From the IMG/VR virus record IMGVR_UViG_3300009158_002556, positions 16,927 to 80,926 of that record: a DNA stretch of 64,000 nucleotides; one strand, given 5' to 3'. Below are positions 51,275 to 59,332 of the stretch, in pieces; position 1 is the first letter of the stretch; each line of letters starts with the position of its first letter. The notes under the pieces are model-generated. The model ran no database searches, was not told the origin of the DNA, and was given only the letters and a program-made list of their open reading frames with translations. Position numbers and translations under genes: made by a program. This DNA is from a virus (lineage: Duplodnaviria > Caudoviricetes).

Positions 51275-51858
51275 ATATAGAAGAATCAAGAAAACTAGAG
51301 CGAGATAAGTATGAATCTATCTACGTAGATAAAGATCAACACTATAGAAAAAGAAATGATTCCAGAGGATATGGTCGAGGACATTTTGGAAAAAACATAA
51401 TCCCACACATTTTGAGCTTAAAACCCACATCAGTTTTAGACATAGGATGTGGGTTTGGATACTTCTGTAATGATGTACAAAAGTCAGGTATTGAAAAAGT
51501 ATATGGCATGGACATTGCTTCTGTAAAAACCGGCAATGTTATCAATAATCCAAACATCCAATTTATAGATGGTGAATCACATCATATTCCTTTTGAAGAT
51601 AACTCTATTGATATAATAACATCATTTGATTGTTTAGAACACTGTTTGGAAAACGATATAGATGTAATTTTTGCAGAAATGAACCGAGTTGTTAAAAATA
51701 GATGTGTGTTTTCTATTGCATATAGACAATCAGGTGAAGATACAAAGGGGGTAATACTTCATATGACAGTTAAACCAGAAAGTTGGTGGATTGAGAAATT
51801 AAATAAACTATTCACCGTAGAGAAATCGGGTAGTTATCTGATATGTATTAAACGATGA
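51271..51858 (+). CDS. SAM methyltransferase (type 11-like)
   Basis: VLDIGCGFG, GMDI, IPFEDNSID and DCLEH. Confidence 0.88.
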   Translation: MNIEESRKLERDKYESIYVDKDQHYRKRNDSRGYGRGHFGKNIIPHILSLKPTSVLDIGCGFGYFCNDVQKSGIEKVYGMDIASVKTGNVINNPNIQFIDGESHHIPFEDNSIDIITSFDCLEHCLENDIDVIFAEMNRVVKNRCVFSIAYRQSGEDTKGVILHMTVKPESWWIEKLNKLFTVEKSGSYLICIKR

Positions 51859-53072
51859 AAATCAGTTTTATTTTACCCAGCAGAAATAATCTAAAATACT
51901 TGAAGTGGTGTTATGACGCAATTCGTTTAAATTTGAGTCACAAAGAACACGAAGTATGCGTTGCTGATGATGCTAGTAGTGATGGAACTTGGGATTGGTG
52001 TCAAGAAATGATTAAATCAGACCCATGTTTCAAAGCTATTCGTAATGATGGTCCAGAACGAAAGGGAATGACTGAATTGTACAACACATTGGTTCAAGAT
52101 GTAGCTACCAATGATGTTGTTATGATTTATCATGCCGACATGTACATTTCAAAGAACGCGGACTTGTTGATTGAAAAACATTTAAAACCACAGACCATTG
52201 TGTGTTTGACCCGTATAGAACCTCCTCTTCATCCCGGTGGACCAGAAAAGATCGTGCAAGACTTTGGTATGGAACCAGAAACCTTCAAACAAGAATCGTT
52301 TAATAAGTGGATGATTGACACAAAATTATCTCGTAAAGAAAAGATTACTGAAGGTGTGTTTGCTCCATGGGCAATTTATAAAGAAGACTTTAATAAGATA
52401 GGTGGTCACGATTTACTATTTGCTCCGACTTCCAAAGAAGATAGTGATATATTCAACAGATTTTTATTGAGTGGATATAAGTTTATTCAGTTGTGGGAAG
52501 CTTGTGTATATCACTTAACTTGCAGAGGAAGTAGATTCAATCCAACCATTACTTCAATTGGAAAAGATAGTGAAGAGTGGCAAAATCAAAATGTCAAGAG
52601 TGCTAGAAACTTCATTCGTAAGTGGGGCCACTTTGTAAAACATAATGACACTATGAAGCCAATCGTTCCAAATAGATATGACGTTGGTTTTGTAGTCATG
52701 AATATTGATGAATATAAACTACTTCTATTAGAACCTTGGTGTGATACCATTTATTCTGATGCACCATATGAACGTTATACGAATGCGGAACAAAAGAATA
52801 CACGAATTGATATTTCCAAGAAACTAAAAAGTCTTGAGGATCAACGTACAAATGATGTGTTGATTGAGTTTGATGCTACAAAATTAACCAATCAATCTTT
52901 TGAGTTTTTCAACGTGATACAATTGATGTTGGAAGATAGTGGACAGATTGGTGTCATGGAATATGACATTTTTAAAATCAAAGTTAATAAGTTAGTTGAT
53001 TATAAAAATAATCTGATTCACACAAATAATGATTGGTATAAAAAGAAACTATTGATTAAAAATGGGTTATGA
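51855..53072 (+). CDS. GT2 glycosyltransferase
   Basis: ISFILPSRN, ADDASSDGT, HADM, GGHD and EDSD. Confidence 0.88.
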   Translation: MKISFILPSRNNLKYLKWCYDAIRLNLSHKEHEVCVADDASSDGTWDWCQEMIKSDPCFKAIRNDGPERKGMTELYNTLVQDVATNDVVMIYHADMYISKNADLLIEKHLKPQTIVCLTRIEPPLHPGGPEKIVQDFGMEPETFKQESFNKWMIDTKLSRKEKITEGVFAPWAIYKEDFNKIGGHDLLFAPTSKEDSDIFNRFLLSGYKFIQLWEACVYHLTCRGSRFNPTITSIGKDSEEWQNQNVKSARNFIRKWGHFVKHNDTMKPIVPNRYDVGFVVMNIDEYKLLLLEPWCDTIYSDAPYERYTNAEQKNTRIDISKKLKSLEDQRTNDVLIEFDATKLTNQSFEFFNVIQLMLEDSGQIGVMEYDIFKIKVNKLVDYKNNLIHTNNDWYKKKLLIKNGL

Positions 53073-53719
53073 TTGGGTCAGATTTTAAAAATAGTTGGTT
53101 GGGTTGGAATAATCTTCCTGAAATAAGAGAAGGTAGGTGTACCGATGGCTGTCTAGAGTATATGTACAATATACTTAAAATTGCTTGTCCAAAAAGTATA
53201 TTAGAAATCGGTTTTAATGGAGGACACTCAGCTTGTTGTTTTTTAAATGCCAGTCCATCCGCAAAAATGTATACATTCGATATATGTAGATGGGGAATAG
53301 AAGAAAAAGCATTGTCTGTTTTAAAAGAACATTTTGATATAAATTTAATAAAAGGCGATTCTATATACAAGGTTCCAGAATTTTTGGAAAAGAACAATTT
53401 ATTATTTGACTTAATTTTTATAGATGGTTGTCATGATTATGATATTGCTTTATTAGACATTAAGAACACCATGAATTTTTTAAATAATGATGGTATTTTA
53501 ATCGTTGATGATCTACATATGGGCGGAGTTTATTCCGCAGTAACCGATTCCGGGATAGATAATATCTATAATTCTAATGTTGTGGAAATAAAAACTAACA
53601 AAACAAATACTTCTACAAAGAAATCTCAATTGTATTGTAGACCCGAATTATTAAACATAAAAAAAAATTTAGAAACTATTGTGAGACCATTTGTAATATT
53701 TAAAAAAGGAAAACTATGA
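53069..53719 (+). CDS. SAM methyltransferase (Methyltransf_24-like)
   Basis: ILEIGFNGGHS, LIFIDGCHDY and IVDD. Confidence 0.88.
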   Translation: MIGSDFKNSWLGWNNLPEIREGRCTDGCLEYMYNILKIACPKSILEIGFNGGHSACCFLNASPSAKMYTFDICRWGIEEKALSVLKEHFDINLIKGDSIYKVPEFLEKNNLLFDLIFIDGCHDYDIALLDIKNTMNFLNNDGILIVDDLHMGGVYSAVTDSGIDNIYNSNVVEIKTNKTNTSTKKSQLYCRPELLNIKKNLETIVRPFVIFKKGKL

Positions 53720-54093
53720 ACTTAGCAGATTTTAATATTCCCTTAATTTTCTGGATATCATTTATGATGGTAGTGTGGTTTGAAAGTGATATTATTCAAA
53801 CCATTGCAACTCTAACCAATACAAGAAACTTACTAAAGATAAATGAGTTTCATAAATACAAAATGGAAGTTGATGTGATGTCAAGTTATTCAGATTTTCT
53901 ATATAGTATGTACCCAAGCTACTTTACCAAGTTAATATCTTGTCCAATTTGTTTATGTTTTTGGTCAACACTAATAACATCCAATCTTTTAGTATATGGT
54001 GTTGGTTATAATCAAATCTATGGTTTGTTGATATTTTCTATTAATTATATATCTAGTTTAACTATTTATTTAATTATTAAGAAGTTGTTATGA
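53716..54093 (+). CDS. DUF1360-like membrane protein
   Basis: Hydrophobic helices and LISCPICLCFW. Confidence 0.55.
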   Translation: MNLADFNIPLIFWISFMMVVWFESDIIQTIATLTNTRNLLKINEFHKYKMEVDVMSSYSDFLYSMYPSYFTKLISCPICLCFWSTLITSNLLVYGVGYNQIYGLLIFSINYISSLTIYLIIKKLL

Positions 54094-54371
54094 CCATAAG
54101 TAGCTACCAGCAATTTTTCAATTCTATCAAAGGTAAGAATCTTCCAATAGAAGGTCAATTATCCAATTGCATTACTTTGTTAAATAATATTTGTAGTTGT
54201 AAGAAACAACAAAAGGCTAATAAATCAGAAGAATGTAATGTGTTGTACATTACATTCATCAAGACACAATCAGATGCCTATATTAATTTATTTAGAACAA
54301 TGACTATAGATGAGTTTATTGTATTTAATCATAATGCTCATCACGAAATCAAACGTATAAAATTAAGATAG
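54090..54371 (+). CDS. small Cys-containing hypothetical protein
   Basis: 93 aa with C...CSC...C; ATGA-coupled to the upstream gene. Confidence 0.6.
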   Translation: MTISSYQQFFNSIKGKNLPIEGQLSNCITLLNNICSCKKQQKANKSEECNVLYITFIKTQSDAYINLFRTMTIDEFIVFNHNAHHEIKRIKLR

Positions 54372-55052
54372 ATTACTCAGTACGTTGATTTCATACAAAG
54401 CATCAGTTACAATTTTTACAATCGTTGGATTCTTCGTAATATCTCCGCCTTGATTTGATACATCTTCCCACTCAATTTTTAGATCTGCACGTTTTCTAAC
54501 TTTTGGATCATTGACTAATTCGTGTTCGTTTGGTGCAGTCTGATAAACCTTGGTTTGTTTATTTTTGCTAAATCTCTTACCTTGAGGCATAGGAGACATT
54601 ACATACTTTGTTAAGTGAATTAACTTACCAGATTGCTTCAATTGTAACCAAGCACATTCATCTTCAATATAGTGATCATATCGTATATCAGTAACAAATG
54701 CTATATCAACTTTTGATTTACCAAGACGTTGTTCAACCTTTTGAGTCCAATATTTTCCATCACTGATTTTACGCATTACATCACCATATGCAACCAATAG
54801 TGGTCTGATAATGTTTTTCTCTTCGGTATTTTCTGTAAAAGCATCAATACCTGTTTTTGCATGAATCAAATCTTTAAGATCGCTTTTAAGCTCATAGGCC
54901 AAAGCAAATCTCTCTGTTTTAATACCATGTTGTTTTAATACTTCTTGTGCTACGGTTGTAAACAAATCTTTACCACTGCGAGCAACTCCTGATATACCAA
55001 TTAATTTCATATTATTCAAATAACTTCTCTGTTTCTTTTTCAGAATAACCAT
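54363..55052 (-). CDS. deoxynucleoside monophosphate kinase (gp1-like)
   Basis: IGISGVARSGKD, FALA..LK, RPLLVAYG and VTDIRY; likely start at MKLIG. Confidence 0.82.
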   Translation of the reverse strand: MVILKKKQRSYLNNMKLIGISGVARSGKDLFTTVAQEVLKQHGIKTERFALAYELKSDLKDLIHAKTGIDAFTENTEEKNIIRPLLVAYGDVMRKISDGKYWTQKVEQRLGKSKVDIAFVTDIRYDHYIEDECAWLQLKQSGKLIHLTKYVMSPMPQGKRFSKNKQTKVYQTAPNEHELVNDPKVRKRADLKIEWEDVSNQGGDITKNPTIVKIVTDALYEINVLSNLS

Positions 55053-55488
55053 GTGATTTGATCAACTCAATCAATTTGATTAAACCTTCTTCGTAAGAAA
55101 TAAATATGTTGTAATAATCTACAGCATCCTTGGTTCCTACATTAAAATATGTACAAAGACAATTAAGTATTGTCTCATTTACTGCCTTCTTGCTACTCTT
55201 GATATATGGATTAAATCCATAACTCTTTGGTAAAGTATTAATTAATAGTTTATAGAATTGTTTTTCAGGCAATACCTCAAAGTATTTTGATACATACGAA
55301 ATTTCCTCAATAATTGTTTTGTCCATACTAAGTACACGTAAAATCATATACTTATTAAATGTTTTTTGGTCAGATTCACTCAACGAATTATAATAATCAG
55401 GATCTTGTGTTTGTCGGATATGTTTCACATGATCAAACAAACCTTTAACCTTTATTGTTTCTTCCGTTGTTTTCTTTTTTAATTTCAT
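55012..55488 (-). CDS. gp62: clamp loader small subunit (gp62-like)
   Basis: LFDHVK...FNKYMILRVLSM...QFYKLLINTLPK...YIK pattern. Confidence 0.7.
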   Translation of the reverse strand: MKLKKKTTEETIKVKGLFDHVKHIRQTQDPDYYNSLSESDQKTFNKYMILRVLSMDKTIIEEISYVSKYFEVLPEKQFYKLLINTLPKSYGFNPYIKSSKKAVNETILNCLCTYFNVGTKDAVDYYNIFISYEEGLIKLIELIKSHGYSEKETEKLFE

Positions 55489-55705
55489 TACTACTCATTC
55501 TAACCCTACGTTTTAATTCATCAAGATCTTTTACCATCTTGATTCGTTCAGCCGCAAGAATTTCCAATATTTCAACCATATTGGTTTGCAAATCATCAAA
55601 CTTTTTTACAAGTTTGTATGTGATAACAATCGATGTAATAGAAAATGTGGTTGCTACTATTAGCAGCAACCACATAATAACATCGTTAGATGTTGTTTGG
55701 TTCAT
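55445..55705 (-). CDS. single-pass membrane protein with coiled coil
   Basis: Hydrophobic aa 9-31, then a heptad-rich charged tail. Confidence 0.6.
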   Translation of the reverse strand: MNQTTSNDVIMWLLLIVATTFSITSIVITYKLVKKFDDLQTNMVEILEILAAERIKMVKDLDELKRRVRMSSNEIKKENNGRNNKG

Positions 55706-55977
55706 TACTTGGTAGCAGACTTAGCGGAAGTAGCGGTCTTAACTGAGGTAGCAGACTTAACTGGTGCGGTCGAATTAGACATATAACCAGCATTCAAGAC
55801 CTCACGTAGTGCCTTAATCTGGCGACCATCTAGGTCAACGCGGGTCTTACCACTACGCAATGTCAAACGTGAAGCCTTCTTGGCCTTCGCTAGAGGAGTG
55901 GAGAGGTAAATTTCAACACCAGCGGTGTTATGGCCTACGAAGTTAGTCTTGTTACGAGCGTTTGTACGAGTATACAT
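55705..55977 (-). CDS. small basic protein with C-terminal KSAT repeats
   Basis: Lys/Arg-rich; tail VKSATS-VKTATS-AKSATK; A-rich leader and own promoter. Confidence 0.75.
   Translation of the reverse strand: MYTRTNARNKTNFVGHNTAGVEIYLSTPLAKAKKASRLTLRSGKTRVDLDGRQIKALREVLNAGYMSNSTAPVKSATSVKTATSAKSATK
55708..55761 (-). repeat. three 18-bp (6-aa) tandem units
   Basis: VKSATS/VKTATS/AKSATK; gtagcagactt occurs twice on the + strand. Confidence 0.75.
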
Positions 55978-56044
55978 ATTATTTTTTTCTTTCTTTTTTA
56001 TTTGTTTATTTTTTGTTTCGTTAGTGTATCACCAACTTATAATT

Positions 56045-56073
56045 ACTATACACTATTAGTTGTGTTTCGTCAA
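56045..56073 (-). promoter_or_regulatory. sigma70-type promoter
   Basis: TTGACG-N17-TATAGT followed by a long A-rich leader. Confidence 0.7.
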
Positions 56074-56085
56074 CATCTTTTTCAA

Positions 56086-57003
56086 TCAAAGTTGAAATTC
56101 TTTTTCAAACCTTTCCAAAGCATAATCCTTAGCCTTGAATTCAAATTCAAAGTCCACATCTAAATCAACATATTCAGTTGGCAACTCACGTACATAATCA
56201 CCATGCGCACGTGGGTTTTTGTTGGTAAGGTCGTTGTCGCTAAAATGGAACAATGATCGGTTGGGCCATGTTGATTTGGCAAGCATTACCGCATCTTTGG
56301 CAGACAACTTGCCTGGATTACAACGTTGGTGCAAATTATCATACGTGATTGGAATACCAGTCTTGGTATAAATAAAGTCATAAAGCTGTTGTACATTCCA
56401 ACTATTAGGCTTGTCTTCATTTTCCAAGACTAACCGTGATTTTACATTGATTGGTAAATTATTGTAGACGTTGATGAATCGATTTGCAATTTCTTGTAGG
56501 TCACCTTTGTAACAATTCATATGGATGTTTATAGGAGCATCATATGATTGTGGAAGACCAAACAAGTCCATCATAGTAGCATGTTTGGTTAATTCAATGA
56601 TAGATTTAGCAGATACACCTGGGTTACCACTAGCTGGTACAACAAATTGATCGGGGTGTGTACTGCACCGAACATTATATTTCTTGATAATATCAGATGC
56701 AATCTTGAATTCTTGAAGAACAAGAGTATAGTCTGGAAGTATATTAAGAGAAAGATTAGCTTCTGGAAGTGTAGCTAGTGGAAATAGATCGCTACTAATT
56801 CGATAATTCCAATTACGTTTACCACAAAATTCAATAATCTTACGTGTAACAATTACATTATTAAGTGTACGTTTGGATACAATAGATAATGCTTCTTTGC
56901 GTTCTAAGGCAAGAAAACGAGTTTTGGTCATGGTGTTAGCTTTAACACCTTGTTCTTGAAGTTTTAGGGAGATACAACACAATGATTTTTTCATTGTATT
57001 CAA
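56086..57003 (-). CDS. uvsE: UV damage endonuclease UvsE/UvdE
   Basis: YRISSDLFP, HPDQF, IH, LVLENED, YDNLH and HFS...RAHGDY. Confidence 0.93.
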   Translation of the reverse strand: MNTMKKSLCCISLKLQEQGVKANTMTKTRFLALERKEALSIVSKRTLNNVIVTRKIIEFCGKRNWNYRISSDLFPLATLPEANLSLNILPDYTLVLQEFKIASDIIKKYNVRCSTHPDQFVVPASGNPGVSAKSIIELTKHATMMDLFGLPQSYDAPINIHMNCYKGDLQEIANRFINVYNNLPINVKSRLVLENEDKPNSWNVQQLYDFIYTKTGIPITYDNLHQRCNPGKLSAKDAVMLAKSTWPNRSLFHFSDNDLTNKNPRAHGDYVRELPTEYVDLDVDFEFEFKAKDYALERFEKEFQL

Positions 57004-57029
57004 TGTAACATGGATTTATAAAATGTCAA
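57002..57029 (-). promoter_or_regulatory. sigma70-type promoter for uvsE
   Basis: TTGACA-N16-TACATT with TG before the -10 box; implies start at MKKS (56994). Confidence 0.55.
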
Positions 57030-57031
57030 TA

Positions 57032-57433
57032 TTAAACTGATCCACTGACAACTGATCCGGTGGCACAACAATTAATTCCGCATATTGGTGTAAAATAGCC
57101 AGTAAATGTCCAATTCTTTTCATCAGTTTTACTGGTTTTTTGCCAAGTAGCATATTTATTTACACCTTGAGATAAAATATATTCATATTGATTGGTTAAA
57201 TCTGAATATTCATCACTTAAGCTTATAAATTCACTACTATTGTTTTTTCTATAAAATATCTTATTTTTGTATTTTGTTAGTAATTCACCTTGTTCACCAG
57301 TAAAAATATCAGTTGGAGCATCATCTATTTGCGATTTACTTCTGGCGGTTTGCGCAAAATTAGCAATTTTCTGGATAAATTTTTGAAACCTATCTGAAAA
57401 TGTATAATTTGAATTGTCGTTGTTACTCGCCAT
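57032..57433 (-). CDS. hypothetical protein
   Basis: ORF-track 57032..57514; ATG 57433 preferred because it avoids overlap with the upstream gene. Confidence 0.6.
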   Translation of the reverse strand: MASNNDNSNYTFSDRFQKFIQKIANFAQTARSKSQIDDAPTDIFTGEQGELLTKYKNKIFYRKNNSSEFISLSDEYSDLTNQYEYILSQGVNKYATWQKTSKTDEKNWTFTGYFTPICGINCCATGSVVSGSV

Positions 57434-57458
57434 ATTTACTATAATAAATAGTAAATGA

Positions 57459-58637
57459 CTATCTTCCCACCTCACTAAAATAGGTATTTTTAGCAGTTTG
57501 ATAATCCATACCAATCATTTGGTTATAATAAAGAATATCATCCTTTAGTCTATTTTCAGCTTTCAAAGTCTGATATCTAGCAATTGCCTTTGCTTTCCAC
57601 CACTCCAAAATAGCCTTTTGTGTGTATAAAGGATTGAATATCAATTTACTTTCATCAATCTTACTACACAAAAAGTCTTTGGTGTTCTTATATGGACAAG
57701 CATAATATGTACCCCGTTCAAATCCATGTACATAGGTGCTTTGTTTAATACCCAACTCTGAGAAAATCATACTAATAACCCTAGCTTTTGCTCCGGTTAC
57801 AGGCCCACTTACACCTTCTCGTTGTGTCATAGCCTTTTGATATTTATCAGCTTTATTGGTTTTAATCCAATCATGCCAAACTTTATAAATAACATCATCT
57901 GGTTTAATAGACATCTTACCGGCGCTTGCACCACACTTATGCCACCATTTTAGACTATTATACATACTATAACTGCCGTAAAGGCTCGTTGTAGTGATTC
58001 CAACCAAAAGCTGGTCATATAGAGCCTGCCATGCGTTCCTGACCGTCTCTGCCGTGACTAAAGCAGCAATTAACTTACCTCCTAGGAAATTATATCCAAA
58101 AGGTTGGGTGCTCATGATACAACTACCAATGGCACTATGAGCCAATCGTTTTTTCTTCAACTTATCATCTGCAGTCCAACCAATATATTTATCTCGGTCA
58201 GTAATAGTAATAACATCACTGGACATACTAATGACTCCCAAATATCTTGGATTGTCTAGATTGCCATCTGTAATTAGAAACTTTACGAATCTACCAGGCG
58301 TTTGAGCAAACTCCATAGTATGAACAAAGGTTCTAAGCATCAACCAATCATTCTCTAGGATTTTATTGTTTACATGTACAACGGTAGGATTTAAGTCTTG
58401 GATCTCTTTGATAGTCAACGACTCATTGTGAATATCGGTTGGAGTCCAAATTTTGGCTTTGACCTGAGAGGCTCTTGAAGAGTAGTTATTTAACTCTTGT
58501 ACCTCAATCCATTTTTTGTAAAAGGTTTGTTCTTCTACACTCATGGATTTTAAAAAATCCAAGTTCTCAACCAACTTTTGTTTGTTAACATTATAATCAA
58601 ATGCTTCAATCCCGAAAAATTCTTGCAGTGCGTCCAT
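57459..58637 (-). CDS. DUF4338 / Druantia DruA-like protein
   Basis: RDKYIGW, QPFGYNFLGGKLIA and TTTSLYG..SMY motifs. Confidence 0.72.
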   Translation of the reverse strand: MDALQEFFGIEAFDYNVNKQKLVENLDFLKSMSVEEQTFYKKWIEVQELNNYSSRASQVKAKIWTPTDIHNESLTIKEIQDLNPTVVHVNNKILENDWLMLRTFVHTMEFAQTPGRFVKFLITDGNLDNPRYLGVISMSSDVITITDRDKYIGWTADDKLKKKRLAHSAIGSCIMSTQPFGYNFLGGKLIAALVTAETVRNAWQALYDQLLVGITTTSLYGSYSMYNSLKWWHKCGASAGKMSIKPDDVIYKVWHDWIKTNKADKYQKAMTQREGVSGPVTGAKARVISMIFSELGIKQSTYVHGFERGTYYACPYKNTKDFLCSKIDESKLIFNPLYTQKAILEWWKAKAIARYQTLKAENRLKDDILYYNQMIGMDYQTAKNTYFSEVGR

Positions 58638-58655
58638 ATTTATATATATCCTATC

Positions 58656-58898
58656 ATGAAGTACAAAAAAATCAATCCCAAAGAAGATACATTCTACATA
58701 TTCGAAATATCAAGTATCAAGTATGTCATTTATGATAGTGATATGAATGAACCAATTTATTATGGTAGTTGGAATATGGTTGAGGGTATCATAAAGAATA
58801 TAAAGAAACACTCCAAGAAAGCAAATATTCTTTATTATGTAAAAGATAAAAGCGGACCCCTGTTAATGAGTCCGCTTTGGTCACATAAAGGTGAATGA
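58656..58898 (+). CDS. hypothetical protein
   Basis: ORF-track 58578..58898; ATG 58656 avoids overlap with the divergent gene. Confidence 0.55.
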   Translation: MKYKKINPKEDTFYIFEISSIKYVIYDSDMNEPIYYGSWNMVEGIIKNIKKHSKKANILYYVKDKSGPLLMSPLWSHKGE

Positions 58899-59264
58899 TT
58901 AAGCAGTTACCTTTTCTGTTGAGACATTTTCAACACCAACTGGTGTTGTTTCCACAACCTTATTGTCAATCTTTACTACATTAATATTTAGTCCGTCTTT
59001 GATAAGACATCCACGATTCTTTGCTTCAAGAATATGTTGTTCAGTGATTGGTGTACAAGCAAGTACTACACGTGGACGGCCCTTACCATTATGCAAATAA
59101 CCAACCTCACCAACTTGTCCATTATCAATGGCCTTCTTGAGGCGAACTCGTAAAGTAATGTTTACGAAATCACTATTTGCGTTGTTTAGTTCTTCAATAG
59201 AAAACAGGTTGGTTGGCCATGTTACTACTAGGTTTGTCTTATTCTTACGATCTGTCTTTTTCAT
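58899..59264 (-). CDS. possible winged-helix DNA-binding protein
   Basis: FSIEEL...TLRVRLKKAI..GQV...GKGRPR. Confidence 0.5.
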   Translation of the reverse strand: MKKTDRKNKTNLVVTWPTNLFSIEELNNANSDFVNITLRVRLKKAIDNGQVGEVGYLHNGKGRPRVVLACTPITEQHILEAKNRGCLIKDGLNINVVKIDNKVVETTPVGVENVSTEKVTA

Positions 59265-59304
59265 TTTTTATCCTTGTTTTATTGTTATACTGCGATTTAA
59301 TTAA

Positions 59305-59332
59305 AGTCTACCACGATTATATCATCTGTCAA
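59305..59332 (-). promoter_or_regulatory. sigma70-type promoter
   Basis: TTGACA-N16-TAGACT with TGG before the -10 box; -35 box lies in the last codons of the VWA gene. Confidence 0.7.

Noticed and set aside
55978-56085. tRNA or structured ncRNA in the longer intergenic gaps
   Set aside because: The gaps (also 4784-4884, 41048-41111 and 62472-62584) are short, AT-rich and explained by promoters, leaders or a terminator; no cloverleaf was seen.
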